Below are positions 38,606-49,094 of a stretch of 64,000 bases of DNA, one piece after another. The position numbers and the translations under genes are program-made. The notes under the pieces are model-generated. The model did no database searches. It worked only from the letters and a program-made list of their open reading frames with translations, and was not told the DNA's origin. Origin of the DNA: Acaryochloridaceae cyanobacterium VAR_48_metabat_390 (GTDB taxonomy: Bacteria > Cyanobacteriota > Cyanobacteriia > Thermosynechococcales > Thermosynechococcaceae); contig JANPLU010000128.1 in assembly GCA_031422435.1 (NCBI GenBank), positions 32,001-96,000 of the forward strand, in the 5' to 3' direction. Each line of letters opens with the position of its first letter. Position 1 is the stretch's first letter.

Positions 38606-40948
38606 CTAATTCACCCGCTGGAGCGCAGTAATTTTGGGGTCTAAAATCTTTTGTCCCATCCCTGGGAACTTGACTGCCAAGCAAATTTTGTCGGCTGCAC
38701 CAAAGATATGGGTCACTTCACCAATGCCAAAGCCCTTGTGGATGAGGCGATCGCCCACGGACCAATCTTGAGCATGGGTATTGGGCAGTGCCGAAGGCTT
38801 TTCTTTCGTGGGCGCTGCCATTTCAGGCTTGTGCTTGGGAATCGCAAGGGGCGAGTTGAGCTGCATTAGCTCTCGCGGAATTTCTGACAGAAACAGCGAA
38901 GCCACCGCAGGTTCACGAGAGCCGTAGAGCCGACGTTCACGAGCATGGGAAATAAACAGTCGCTCCTGGGCGCGGGTAATGCCCACGTAGCAAAGGCGAC
39001 GCTCTTCTTCGAGAGAGGCAGGGTCATCTAAAGAGCGGAAATTAGGGAACAGTCCCTGCTCTAGCCCTACTAAAAACACAATCGGGAACTCTAGACCCTT
39101 CGCCGAGTGCAGCGTCATCAGCGTAACCGTATCCGTTGAGTCTTTGCTGTCTGCATCGGAGGCCAAAGCAGCATTCGCCAAGAAGGTATTTAGCGACTGG
39201 TCATCATTTTCTTCGGCGTACTGAAGCGACGCATTATAGAGTTCTTTGACGTTGCCGAGCCGCTCGTCAGCTTCATCGGTGCCCTGCTCCTGCAAATCGC
39301 GCACATAGCCAGACTGCTCCAAAACACCTTGGATAATATCGGCAGCGGGCTTGGTTTCAACTTCTGCCTGCCAGTGCTGAATCATGGCAACAAACTGCAA
39401 AATCGGCTTTGAACTACGAGCCGCTAGAGTTTTAACCGCAGATTCATCACTGAGGATTTCCCACAGCGGAACGCCCAGCTCCTGCGCCGCTTGACCCAGG
39501 CGATCAAGGGTCGTTTTGCCTACGCCACGTCGCGGGGTATTAATCACCCGCTGAAGGCTGAGAGTATCAGCAGGGTTGACGATGAGACGCAGATAGGCCA
39601 ACACGTCCTTAATTTCTTTGCGGTCATAGAACTTGAGTCCCCCCACCACGGTGTAGGGAACGCCCCACCGTACTAAAGAATCTTCAAACGCACGGGATTG
39701 GGCATTGGTGCGGTACAGAATGGCAAAGTCGCCAAAGTTCACCTCTGGGTTCTCTCGCTCAATCGTCCGGATTTGGTCGATCACAAACTCGGCCTCGTGC
39801 TGCTCATCATCGGCACGGAAGCAGTAGATCGTATCGCCTTCGCCCCGCGTGGCCTTCAGCACCTTATCGATCCGCTCGGTATTGTGCTCAATCAGGGCAT
39901 TGGCGGCTTCGAGAATATTGGCAGTAGAGCGATAGTTTTCCTCCAGCTTCACCATCGTGCGGGTGTCGTCATCGGGGAGTCGATCGCCAAAATCCTGCTG
40001 GAAGCCCATCAAAATGGTGAAGTCAGCCGCACGGAACGAATAAATGGACTGATCCGCATCGCCCACCACAAAAATGGAGCGGTTCTGCCAGTTTTTGAAA
40101 GTTTCGACAGCCTCGCCATTGGTGGCGATATATCGCAGCAGATCGTACTGGGTGCGGTTGGTGTCTTGGTACTCATCCACCAGCATGTGATGGAACTGGC
40201 TGTGCCAGTAGGCCAACACCTGTTCATTTTGGGCAAAGAGCTGCACCAAAACCCGAATTAAGTCATCAAAGTCGAGGGCGTTGTTGGCAGCTAGCGCATC
40301 TTGGTACGCCTCATAGACGCTGGCGATGACGCGACCGCGAAAGTTATTGTTCTCGGCCTCGTACTGTTGGGCGGTCTGGCCTAAGTTTTTAGCGTTGCTA
40401 ATGGCAAAGCGTACCGAGCGAGGTGGAAACTTGCGATCGTCTAGATTCAGACGGTTGGTGACAATATCTTTGATCAGGCTTTGAACATCCGATTCATCAA
40501 AAATCGAGAAGTTTTTCTCCCAGCGACGACCCTTTTCATCCTGATACTTATTGATTTCCATCCGCAGCAGCCGCGCACACAGACTATGGAAGGTGCCAAT
40601 CCATAAGTGCTTCGTAATGGTTTTGTAAACCCGCGATCGCAGTTTGGTTTGCTCATAGGCTGGCAGTAGCTCCAATGCCTTACCCTGCTCCTGAAGCGCT
40701 AACTGCTCTGCAAATAGTTTCTCAATCCGCTCCTTCATTTCGCGGGCGGCCTTGTTAGTAAACGTAACCGCCAAAATATTTTCTGGATTCACCCGATGCT
40801 TCAGCACCAAATTAGAAATGCGATAGGTAAGGGCGCGGGTTTTGCCCGAACCTGCGCCAGCCACCACCAGTAAAGGGCCGCAGTAATGCTCGACAGCCTG
40901 ACGTTGAGAAGAATTCAGGAGGCTTAAAAAGTCAGCAGAGGAGGGCAT
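38606..40948 (-). CDS. pcrA: ATP-dependent DNA helicase PcrA/UvrD
   Basis: AGAGSGKT, VDEYQDTN, GDADQSIYSFR, TLHSAKGLEF, EERRLCYVGITRA. Confidence 0.96.
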   Translation of the reverse strand: MPSSADFLSLLNSSQRQAVEHYCGPLLVVAGAGSGKTRALTYRISNLVLKHRVNPENILAVTFTNKAAREMKERIEKLFAEQLALQEQGKALELLPAYEQTKLRSRVYKTITKHLWIGTFHSLCARLLRMEINKYQDEKGRRWEKNFSIFDESDVQSLIKDIVTNRLNLDDRKFPPRSVRFAISNAKNLGQTAQQYEAENNNFRGRVIASVYEAYQDALAANNALDFDDLIRVLVQLFAQNEQVLAYWHSQFHHMLVDEYQDTNRTQYDLLRYIATNGEAVETFKNWQNRSIFVVGDADQSIYSFRAADFTILMGFQQDFGDRLPDDDTRTMVKLEENYRSTANILEAANALIEHNTERIDKVLKATRGEGDTIYCFRADDEQHEAEFVIDQIRTIERENPEVNFGDFAILYRTNAQSRAFEDSLVRWGVPYTVVGGLKFYDRKEIKDVLAYLRLIVNPADTLSLQRVINTPRRGVGKTTLDRLGQAAQELGVPLWEILSDESAVKTLAARSSKPILQFVAMIQHWQAEVETKPAADIIQGVLEQSGYVRDLQEQGTDEADERLGNVKELYNASLQYAEENDDQSLNTFLANAALASDADSKDSTDTVTLMTLHSAKGLEFPIVFLVGLEQGLFPNFRSLDDPASLEEERRLCYVGITRAQERLFISHARERRLYGSREPAVASLFLSEIPRELMQLNSPLAIPKHKPEMAAPTKEKPSALPNTHAQDWSVGDRLIHKGFGIGEVTHIFGAADKICLAVKFPGMGQKILDPKITALQRVN

Positions 40949-41113
40949 AGCAGATTGTCAGCAGAGCGTGGGAGGAATTTAGAATCTTGCAAAACCATTA
41001 CAGGACGACACATCGCCTTAGCACCTTGGTTTTATAGAGCGCCTCTCCATCTTAAGACCGATCTGACTAAGCATATTGGCTTACTTAAGATTTTGATGAT
41101 TCTGGTCTTCTAT

Positions 41114-41533
41114 TTAAACCTGATCGCAGGTTTCACAAGCCCCATGAGGATACTTGGATTGATAAGTCTCTGATCGCCGTCCAAACCAGGCATAGCGGTT
41201 ATCGCGAACTTGTGTATAGGTGCGATCGCCCAATCCCTTGAGGCCAGGAATGGCGCGGTACGCCTGAACTGCGATCGCACCCGCAGGCAGTAGCCGCGCA
41301 ATCTCTTCAGCAGCGTCACTGCCCTGCCAGCGCTGAAATGGGTTGTCTGCTCGCAGCAAAATCATGCCCATCTCGCAGTCTTGGGGAGTGATATTCCACT
41401 GTGCAAGGGTGTCCGAATCCTGCATGGGTACGTAGCTAAACAGACTGCCGCGCTCTAGCTGTTCTAGCGCCTGCACGAGCGTTGAGCATAAATTACAGCG
41501 ACCGTCATAAATTACGACATAAGAAGCAGTCAT
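41114..41533 (-). CDS. DCC1-like thiol-disulfide oxidoreductase (DUF393)
   Basis: YDGRCNLC and RDNRYAWFG motifs. Confidence 0.88.
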   Translation of the reverse strand: MTASYVVIYDGRCNLCSTLVQALEQLERGSLFSYVPMQDSDTLAQWNITPQDCEMGMILLRADNPFQRWQGSDAAEEIARLLPAGAIAVQAYRAIPGLKGLGDRTYTQVRDNRYAWFGRRSETYQSKYPHGACETCDQV

Positions 41534-41539
41534 ACAGGT

Positions 41540-41794
41540 TTAACGCTTAAGCACAACGGTAATAAAAACTGAAATAGTGGCGCTGGCAATCAGTGAAAAA
41601 GCTAGATTGATGATCGATTGCGTGGATTGCTGATAATAGCCAAACCGCAGACCTAGCTCTTTTGCCTCTTCGCGCTGTTGGTCAATATCACGGGTCAATT
41701 TTTCAATCGCGGCAGAATTCTTTTCAACAAGTTCTGAATTCCGCTCCACGATGGCTTCAATGCGGTCAAGACGGTCGGTTGGGTTGGTGGTCAT
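41540..41794 (-). CDS. Small hypothetical coiled-coil/TM protein
   Basis: DRLDRIEA..YQQ..INLAFSLIASATI. Confidence 0.6.
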   Translation of the reverse strand: MTTNPTDRLDRIEAIVERNSELVEKNSAAIEKLTRDIDQQREEAKELGLRFGYYQQSTQSIINLAFSLIASATISVFITVVLKR

Positions 41795-41913
41795 GGTTTT
41801 TTGTTGTCTAGATTTTGGGCGATCACAGCGCTTAAATCCTCCCAAAACGCCGCGTGCAGCAGATTTTCTTACTTTAGGCTAGCACTTCAGCAAAAAAGTG
41901 AAGCGGGTTCTAG

Positions 41914-42309
41914 GTGGCTGAGATCACAAATCTAGCCCTCTTACCATCACTCAACATAATTCGCAGAATCACTCAGCAGCATGGGATGCAGTCACTGAGC
42001 AATTCTGCCAAAATCGAGAAGATACATTCATCGAAGAAGACATACATTACCCCTCACAGGAAGCCCACCCTGAAACGCCAGCTTGTTTACGCCTTAAGCA
42101 TTACTGCAGCCCTTGCTACTTCCGTCATTCCCGCCTATGCCAACCCCGTCGCCCCTAGCAGTCGCAGCGGCAACAGCGGTCGCGCCCCGCGCCCATTTAT
42201 CCCCCTGCTCAACAACGTCAGTTTATTGGTGTTTGGGTTCCGCTATGCAATCGACAGCAGCGCCCCTGCTGTGAGTACGGTTTCTAGTGCCAATCCAGTT
42301 CTGTTGTAA
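41914..42309 (+). CDS. Hypothetical protein
   Basis: ORF with an internal signal-like segment; start uncertain. Confidence 0.3.
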   Translation: MAEITNLALLPSLNIIRRITQQHGMQSLSNSAKIEKIHSSKKTYITPHRKPTLKRQLVYALSITAALATSVIPAYANPVAPSSRSGNSGRAPRPFIPLLNNVSLLVFGFRYAIDSSAPAVSTVSSANPVLL

Positions 42310-42338
42310 AAATACAGCGTTGAGTTCTTCGACTGGTT

Positions 42339-42890
42339 TTAGCTCAGCGCAGAAATAACGTAGTCAAAATACATTCCACATTCTGAGGCTAAATCAGAGC
42401 AGTCTCCTGAGGTGACTTGCTTCTGAGTAGAGGAGGGGTGGCGACCTGCGTTATTAAAGCTTTGAATATGGGCAATGCAGATGGCCTTCATGATTTTGAG
42501 CGCTCGAACCATGGACGGGATACAGACATTCAGCGTCGTATAGGTTTCTTTCAGCCCGTATACGCAGCGGTTTTCGAGGACGGAAATATCGCCAGCCATG
42601 AGTGCGTAACAGACGTAGCGCAAAATAATTTCGCCATCTCGTAAACAAGCTGCCATCTTACGATTAGGATAACAAGCGCCTCCCTCTTTAATGAGGCTAG
42701 GGTCTTCACAGAGCATTCCAGAGATAGCATCCGAGACACAGCAGCTTGCAATACCAGAAAGAGCCTCAATCGCGTCAAACCGCTTGTTGAGTCCAGCGGT
42801 AATGACTTTAATCTCCTCTAATTCAGCTTTACCCATGCAGGCAGTATTTTTATTTGCACGCTCAGCAACGCGGGAAAATGCATCAAACAA
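42339..42890 (-). CDS. cpeB: Divergent phycoerythrin beta-like phycobiliprotein (orphan)
   Basis: FDAFSR, ASCCVSDAISGMLCE, CYPNRKMAACLRDGEIILRY, GDCSDLASE..YFD.VISALS; TTG start. Confidence 0.8.
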   Translation of the reverse strand: MFDAFSRVAERANKNTACMGKAELEEIKVITAGLNKRFDAIEALSGIASCCVSDAISGMLCEDPSLIKEGGACYPNRKMAACLRDGEIILRYVCYALMAGDISVLENRCVYGLKETYTTLNVCIPSMVRALKIMKAICIAHIQSFNNAGRHPSSTQKQVTSGDCSDLASECGMYFDYVISALS

Positions 42891-43167
42891 GGGAGTCTCC
42901 TTTCCGTTCGGGAATTTCTAGATCTGTAGGTCTAGGGTGATTCCAGACTTGAGCTGATTTCACAGAGGTTCATAATTTTTTATAAAAGAGGGAAAGGTTC
43001 AAAGTGCAAGGGATTAGGGTAGAGCATCACTGCGGAAATTACTTACGCAAATGTGCGGAGATAGCGCATCATTTTAGCCGTCAAGTCGCGTGTATTCAAC
43101 GATGTACTGAGTATGCAGATTCCCAATAATAGGAGACATAGCTTATCAGTGAAACGGAAGACCCACA

Positions 43168-43968
43168 ATGGCTTACAAAACTTCAGCTCACTCCGAAACG
43201 TTAGAACTGTTGATGGCCTATCGCCAGAATCCATCTGTGCATCTTCGTAACCGTGTCGTAAAACTCAATGCAGGCTTAGTCCGTAAAGTAGCGCACCAGC
43301 TCGCCAATCAAAGCCCCCTCCCGTTTGAAGACTTAGAGCAAATTGGCTATATCGGCTTAATTACCGCCGCCGAACGTTTTGACCCGACCCAAGGCTATGC
43401 TTTTAGTTCTTTTGCAGTTCCCTACATTAAGGGCGAAATGCTTCACTTCCTGCGTGACCGCGCCAGTGCCGTGCGAATTCCGAGACGGCTTCAGCAGTTA
43501 AGTAACGAAGGCGCAAAAGTATCGCAGGCTTTGATTGAAAAATTGGGTCGTCAGCCGAATGATCATGAAATTGCAGCAGCGCTGAACATTGACCTCCAGG
43601 AATGGCGTTCAGTTAAGCTGTCTTCTATTAACCGTACACCCATGAGCTTAAACGCCTGCCTCAATGGTGGCGGTTCCCAGCAGGCAGAAGCGGTCATGAC
43701 CTTGGGAGACACCCTTGTAGATGTTCGTAGCCAAATTCAGCAAGACCACGCAGAAGAGCGTTTGGCACTACAGCACGCCTTAAATCAGCTTGAAGATAAA
43801 ACCCGTGAAATCATTGAGGCGGTTTTTCTACATCAGCATTCTCGTCAAGAAGTTGCCGCAAGAATTGGCATTAGCCCCGTAACCGTCACCCGACGTATTA
43901 AAAAGGGGATTGAGCAGCTAGCAGAAATGATTCAGATGCCCAGTTTGACTGTCTTGGCTGAAGGGTAA
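43168..43968 (+). CDS. sigF: RNA polymerase sigma factor SigF
   Basis: EDLEQIGYIGL, FSSFAVPYIKGEMLHFLRD, C-terminal HTH. Confidence 0.88.
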   Translation: MAYKTSAHSETLELLMAYRQNPSVHLRNRVVKLNAGLVRKVAHQLANQSPLPFEDLEQIGYIGLITAAERFDPTQGYAFSSFAVPYIKGEMLHFLRDRASAVRIPRRLQQLSNEGAKVSQALIEKLGRQPNDHEIAAALNIDLQEWRSVKLSSINRTPMSLNACLNGGGSQQAEAVMTLGDTLVDVRSQIQQDHAEERLALQHALNQLEDKTREIIEAVFLHQHSRQEVAARIGISPVTVTRRIKKGIEQLAEMIQMPSLTVLAEG

Positions 43969-44038
43969 ACTGCGGTTCTAGGCCATTCATTGTCATCAGA
44001 AGCTATAACAAAGCTGGATACTGTGTTTAGCGAAATAA

Positions 44039-45433
44039 GTGATGACCAACCAAATTGCAATGCCCTCAGCTCTGCAAACCCTCGTTCAACAGCAGCGCAG
44101 CTTTTTTGGCACGGGTCAAACAAAACCCCTAGAATTTCGGCTCCAGCAGCTCCAAAAGCTTCAGCACGCGATCACTGAGTATCAAGGTGCCATTGTCAAA
44201 GCCGCTCAGCAAGATTTAGGGCGACCGGAGTACGAAGCGTACTTTGAGATTGCCACCGTTTCTGAAGTTAAAAAGGCGATTAAGTCTCTTAAGCAGTGGA
44301 TAAAGCCCCAAAAGGTTGCAACGTCCATTGACCAGTTCCCTTCTCAAGCCTGGGTTCAGCCCGACCCCCTGGGCGTGGTTCTGATTATTGGGCCGTGGAA
44401 CTATCCATTTCAACTCATTATTTCGCCACTGGTGGGGGCGATCGCCGCTGGTAACTGCGCCATCCTCAAGCCTTCAGAACATGCGCCACACACGGCACAG
44501 GTTGTTTCAGAAATGATTCGGTCTGCCTTTGACCCTCAGTACATTGCGGTAGCTCAAGGCGATGCCGAGGTCAGTCAACAGCTCTTGGCAGAGAAGTTTG
44601 ACCATATCTTTTTTACAGGCGGCACGGCGATCGGACGAATTGTAATGGAGGCCGCCGCCAAACATCTCACCCCTGTCACCTTAGAGCTGGGTGGCAAAAG
44701 CCCCTGCATTGTCGAAGCAGATGCGCGTCTAGACTACGCCGCTAAGCGTATCGCCTGGGGCAAGTTCATCAACGCGGGGCAAACCTGCATTGCGCCAGAC
44801 TATCTGCTGGTGAACCGCCGCATTAAGACAGAATTTTTTGAGAAGCTGAAGCAGTACATCCAAGAATTTTATGGCGAGAACCCTGCCGACAGCGCTAGCT
44901 ACGGTCGCATTATTCATCAGCGACACTTTGCGCGGCTGGCTTCATTTTTAGACAATGGCAAAACTATTACAGGAGGTCAGACCGATCCAGACACCCGCTA
45001 CATTGCGCCCACCGTTTTGGATGCGGTGAGCTGGAGCGATCCGGTGATGCAGGACGAGATCTTTGGACCGATTTTGCCTGTGTTGGAGTATGACGAACTC
45101 GAAGAGGCGATCGCCCTCATCAATGCTAGACCCAAGCCTTTAGCCCTTTACTTTTTCTCAAAGGACTCACGCAAGCAGCAGCAAATTTTGAACTCTACCT
45201 CATCGGGGGGCGTTTGCCTTAACGATACGGTAATGCAAATTGCGGTAGCCACCCTACCCTTTGGCGGCGTGGGCGAGAGCGGCATGGGTCGATATCACGA
45301 CAAAGCCAGCTTTGATACCTTTTCTCACTATAAGAGCGTACTCAAAAAGTCGTTCTGGCTTGATTTAACGTGGCGCTATGCCCCCTATACTACCGATAAG
45401 CTTAAGTTGATCAAGCGAATTGTGAACGGCTAA
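44039..45433 (+). CDS. Aldehyde dehydrogenase (ALDH3 family)
   Basis: PWNYP, FTGG, LELGGKSP, NAGQTCIAPD, EIFGP. Confidence 0.93.
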   Translation: MMTNQIAMPSALQTLVQQQRSFFGTGQTKPLEFRLQQLQKLQHAITEYQGAIVKAAQQDLGRPEYEAYFEIATVSEVKKAIKSLKQWIKPQKVATSIDQFPSQAWVQPDPLGVVLIIGPWNYPFQLIISPLVGAIAAGNCAILKPSEHAPHTAQVVSEMIRSAFDPQYIAVAQGDAEVSQQLLAEKFDHIFFTGGTAIGRIVMEAAAKHLTPVTLELGGKSPCIVEADARLDYAAKRIAWGKFINAGQTCIAPDYLLVNRRIKTEFFEKLKQYIQEFYGENPADSASYGRIIHQRHFARLASFLDNGKTITGGQTDPDTRYIAPTVLDAVSWSDPVMQDEIFGPILPVLEYDELEEAIALINARPKPLALYFFSKDSRKQQQILNSTSSGGVCLNDTVMQIAVATLPFGGVGESGMGRYHDKASFDTFSHYKSVLKKSFWLDLTWRYAPYTTDKLKLIKRIVNG

Positions 45434-45541
45434 GTGCAGTTGAATGAAAATATATTGGCTTTTCTTTTGTCTCGTTTGTGCCAAAGCAGCAGCTTCCTAG
45501 ATAAAATGGGCTTCTGATCATAAGTCTTTGCTGCGCGCGCC

Positions 45542-46066
45542 ATGAAACACACGCTATCGGTTTTAGTTGAAGATGAGGCTGGAGTTTTAACCCGAATTGC
45601 AGGGCTATTTGCCCGACGGGGCTTTAATATTGAAAGCCTTGCGGTAGGGCCTGCCGAGCAAATGGGCGTGTCTCGCATCACGATGGTAGTTCCAGGCGAA
45701 GACCAGGTGATTGAGCAGCTTACCAAGCAGCTTTATAAGCTTGTGAATGTGCTTAAAGTACAGGATATTACCGAAATCCCCTGTGTTGAGCGGGAGCTGA
45801 TGCTGGTTAAGGTGAATGCGACAGCCCAGCTTAGGTCTGAAATTTTAGATATTGTTCAGATCTTCAGAGCCAAGGTGGTAGACGTTTCTGAAGATTCTGT
45901 CACCATTGAGGTTTCGGGCGATCCTGGCAAAATGGTGGCGATCGTGCAGATGGTCAATAAGTTTGGCATTCGTGAAATTGCACGCACGGGCAAGGTTGCC
46001 CTTACTCGTGAGTCTGGTGTGAATACAGAGTATCTGAAATCTCTTGAGGCGAAGCTTCAGTATTAA
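45542..46066 (+). CDS. ilvN: Acetolactate synthase small subunit
   Basis: [33 protein letters not shown]. Confidence 0.96.
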   Translation: MKHTLSVLVEDEAGVLTRIAGLFARRGFNIESLAVGPAEQMGVSRITMVVPGEDQVIEQLTKQLYKLVNVLKVQDITEIPCVERELMLVKVNATAQLRSEILDIVQIFRAKVVDVSEDSVTIEVSGDPGKMVAIVQMVNKFGIREIARTGKVALTRESGVNTEYLKSLEAKLQY

Positions 46067-46069
46067 CGA

Positions 46070-46403
46070 AGTTTGCTCCTGCTTGGTATCTTTTAACATA
46101 CTTGCCTCTGACACCGCCAGCCATCTTGGAAAAGTCGTATTCAGGGCGTAGTTCATCAACGTCCTTTTTCATAAAATCTCCAGTAAAGCCAATTATATGA
46201 ACTGCTCGATGTCCAATTCTGACAAACCAGATTTGAGCATCTGGATATTGAGCCAACAGTTGATCTGAAGCCGTGAGACTATCTTTTGCTAATTCAAAGG
46301 CTCCCGTTTCAATGTCGATCGCCACAATTTTGCCATGATTGCCTTGCTCGACTTGAGGACGCACCTGAGATTCATAAATCTCATTACCACGTCGAGTAAA
46401 CTC
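46070..46403 (-). pseudogene. Fused fragments of two small TA/antitoxin-like genes
   Basis: EFTRRGNEIYESQVRPQVEQGNHGKIVAIDIETG..RIG (no start codon) runs into DELRPEYDFSKM.GGVRGKY, then breaks off against ilvN. Confidence 0.55.
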
Positions 46404-46462
46404 TCAGGCTCAACCAACTATCTCAATACGATCAAGTGTGGAAGCGGATTGTTATGCCGCCG

Positions 46463-46903
46463 CTATAACTTGAACGAGTAATGATGAAATTCCTCGTCCT
46501 TGCAGTACCCAATCGATTCATAAAGAGCCTGAGCAGAAACGTTAGAAATTTGCGTTGCTAGAGAAATTCGGATAGCTTCTGTTTGTCTTGCAAAGTCCTC
46601 TGCCGCTCTCAACAACAACTTTGCAACACCCTGCTTTCGACAGGTTGGCTCCACAAATAGATCGTTCAGAATCCAAACACGCTTCATGGACACAGAAGAA
46701 AAACTGGGATAAAGCTGCGTAAACCCAACTATCTGCCCGTTATTACCTGCTGCAAATATAATTGAATCGCCTTTGTGAAAACGCTCTTGAATAAATTTTC
46801 TAGCAGTTTCAATATCTGAGGGTGACTTGTAAAAAACACGATATTGATCAAACAACTGAGATACCGTTTCAAGATGCTCTAAACGGGCTTGAAAAGTTTC
46901 CAT
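46463..46903 (-). CDS. GNAT acetyltransferase
   Basis: GFTQLYP, LNDLFV..RKQGVA..LL, N.SAQALYE. Confidence 0.9.
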   Translation of the reverse strand: METFQARLEHLETVSQLFDQYRVFYKSPSDIETARKFIQERFHKGDSIIFAAGNNGQIVGFTQLYPSFSSVSMKRVWILNDLFVEPTCRKQGVAKLLLRAAEDFARQTEAIRISLATQISNVSAQALYESIGYCKDEEFHHYSFKL

Positions 46904-47074
46904 CTGCTATCCTCACCACTACCCCAATAATCTAGCGTCGATCACATTACCACAATCTCTAAAATACTGACTCAGCAAAAGCTTTGAATCAAACTCAAAT
47001 ACTGATAAATAGAATTCAAGAACTTCTTCTACCCAATACTTGCGGCACCACTATTGATTAGGGTGAGAGATCCG

Positions 47075-48067
47075 CTACCGGAAGCTGCCAGGGTTATCGT
47101 CAAAGTTGCCGCTGTTGTCAAAATCATCGTCAGAGCTATGCGGCTTTGGGGTACCCAAGGGTTTGTAGTCTACATAGTCACCGTCTAAAGGGCGGACTCT
47201 TGGTGCAGAGCTATCGCCATTACCTCTAGATCGGCGACGCGCACTACGAGAACTCCCACTCGCAGGAACTTCAGCTTCAGGTAACGAGGATAACGATAGA
47301 GAAGATTCAGACCGACCGCGACGACGACCACTCGCAGACGGCTCTCCCTTAGCAGGGCGCTCTTCACCATAGCTGTAGCTGCTGTTCTCTGGGGCGGCTA
47401 TAGCATCGCCCTCTAACTGAAGGGGTTGCTTACGACGACGCGCACGGGGTTCTTCCCCACCGCCATACTGCTGCTGGCTATCATCATCAGAATAAGAATT
47501 GCTTGAGCGACGGGTGCTGCTGCTTTGAGCGCGACGCGGTTCACGGGTATCTTCAGAAAGCTGATCTAAGTAAGCGCTTTGATAATTATCACGAACGCTG
47601 GCACCTTCGCGTCCCCCACGAATGCGCCGCACCCGCGAAGACTCTTCCATGGGAATAAATTCATCATCAAACTCAGCCCGTACCTCTGACCTAAAGTCAT
47701 CCTCAAAGCTAGCGCGTGAAGATCGGCTAGGCCGATCAGGAGAATTGCGGAATCCGCCGCCGCCATTCCCACCACCGCTACCGCCATTTCCTTGATAAAG
47801 AGACGTATTGCCTGGTGTACGCCGTCTAATGTTGTCGATCATCAGCGAAATCAACATCCCCGCAAAAATCATCAGCTGAAACGAAGGTAGAAACTCTTGG
47901 TTCAGTTGAAACAGGGAAAGAATGCCAACGGTCAAAAACAATACGGAGTAAACCGTGTCAGAGTCTCGCCGATAGCCCGGTTTAAACTTTTCCAAAAAGA
48001 ATAAGCCGACCGCGATGAGAATCAGAACGATTCCAACCAGTAGCGGAACAGGAGTACCAAAGTTCAC
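47075..48067 (-). CDS. ycf66: Ycf66 family protein
   Basis: MNFG start, three TMs with RDSD motif, long R/D/S-rich disordered tail; next to psbX. Confidence 0.8.
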   Translation of the reverse strand: MNFGTPVPLLVGIVLILIAVGLFFLEKFKPGYRRDSDTVYSVLFLTVGILSLFQLNQEFLPSFQLMIFAGMLISLMIDNIRRRTPGNTSLYQGNGGSGGGNGGGGFRNSPDRPSRSSRASFEDDFRSEVRAEFDDEFIPMEESSRVRRIRGGREGASVRDNYQSAYLDQLSEDTREPRRAQSSSTRRSSNSYSDDDSQQQYGGGEEPRARRRKQPLQLEGDAIAAPENSSYSYGEERPAKGEPSASGRRRGRSESSLSLSSLPEAEVPASGSSRSARRRSRGNGDSSAPRVRPLDGDYVDYKPLGTPKPHSSDDDFDNSGNFDDNPGSFR

Positions 48068-48245
48068 GGTGGATTCCTCTCAGGATAACGACTCAGTGGA
48101 AATGAAGGAGCCGTAATGGGTATAGCATTGTAGCGTCAAGCAAAGGGTTGTATACGCCACTGCTGGCTTTCTATCAGTCTAATCCTAGCGGTCTTTGTAG
48201 GTTTTGTCGTGGCTAAGGAGCATGGCTCAAATAACCTCAACTTTT

Positions 48246-48332
48246 GCCCCTCACCCCAACCCTCTCCCTAGGGAGAGGGAGCAAGAATCCGATCCCCCTT
48301 CTCCCTAGGGAGAAGGGGCTAGGGGATGAGGG
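48246..48332. repeat. Dispersed CCCCTCTCCC/GGGAGAGGGG double-hairpin repeat
   Basis: Collinear with 24056-24150, sharing AAGAATC linker and GGGGATGAGGG end. Confidence 0.8.
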
Positions 48333-48516
48333 CGTGCAAAATGTAAAGTCTCTTATCGAATGCTCTAGATTATTTAATCTAGGATCCTTAGCACAACGAG
48401 ACCCTTCATCAAAAAAGCCTACGATTGATCACTTTCAACCGTAGACCTTAAAGAGCAAATGGATATTGCCTTGCACCCCCAGTCTAAAGTTGCCTGGGTT
48501 TTAACTGAAGTCAACC

Positions 48517-48639
48517 TTAAGAGCGCTGAACTTTATCAAGCTGGCTGACCACAATAACGCCAGCGGTAATGCCAGCTAACACAACGCCACCAGCCGCTAG
48601 ACCAATAAAGAACCCATTCAGAGAAGGGGTGATTGTCAT
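48517..48639 (-). CDS. psbX: Photosystem II protein PsbX
   Basis: Manual translation MTITPSLNGFFIGLAAGGVVLAGITAGVIVVSQLDKVQRS (40 aa, below ORF-track cutoff). Confidence 0.92.
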   Translation of the reverse strand: MTITPSLNGFFIGLAAGGVVLAGITAGVIVVSQLDKVQRS

Positions 48640-48812
48640 TAGAACAGGCATCATAACCGTTTTCTATCAAAACATTACTTTAATCTTAGAGGGTTGCCCG
48701 ACGCTTGAGAAGCACTAATTAAAAGTCCCACCTAAACTTGACACCGAAAGAACCATTGAGGGCATCAAAGTTTTAGACTAAAAACAGCCGTTAACCCCAG
48801 AGTCTTGAAACG

Positions 48813-49094
48813 ATGGATACCGCAACGCTATTAATGTGGACAGTTGGGCCGCTGTTGGGCATCATGTGTCTTTTGTTTGTCTTTCGGATTGTATTGACCT
48901 GGTACCCTCAAGTCCCCTTTGGCAAATTCCCGTGGATTTTGATCTACTGGCCTACGGAGCCGCTGCTTGTTGTCACACGCAAAGTCATTCCGCCCATCGG
49001 CGGCGTGGATATTACGCCGATTATCTGGTTTGGATTGGTCAGCCTAGCTCGTGAAATGCTGCTAGGTCAACAGGGTCTACTTAGGATGATTTAG
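48813..49094 (+). CDS. YggT/Ycf19 family membrane protein
   Basis: [29 protein letters not shown]. Confidence 0.9.
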   Translation: MDTATLLMWTVGPLLGIMCLLFVFRIVLTWYPQVPFGKFPWILIYWPTEPLLVVTRKVIPPIGGVDITPIIWFGLVSLAREMLLGQQGLLRMI

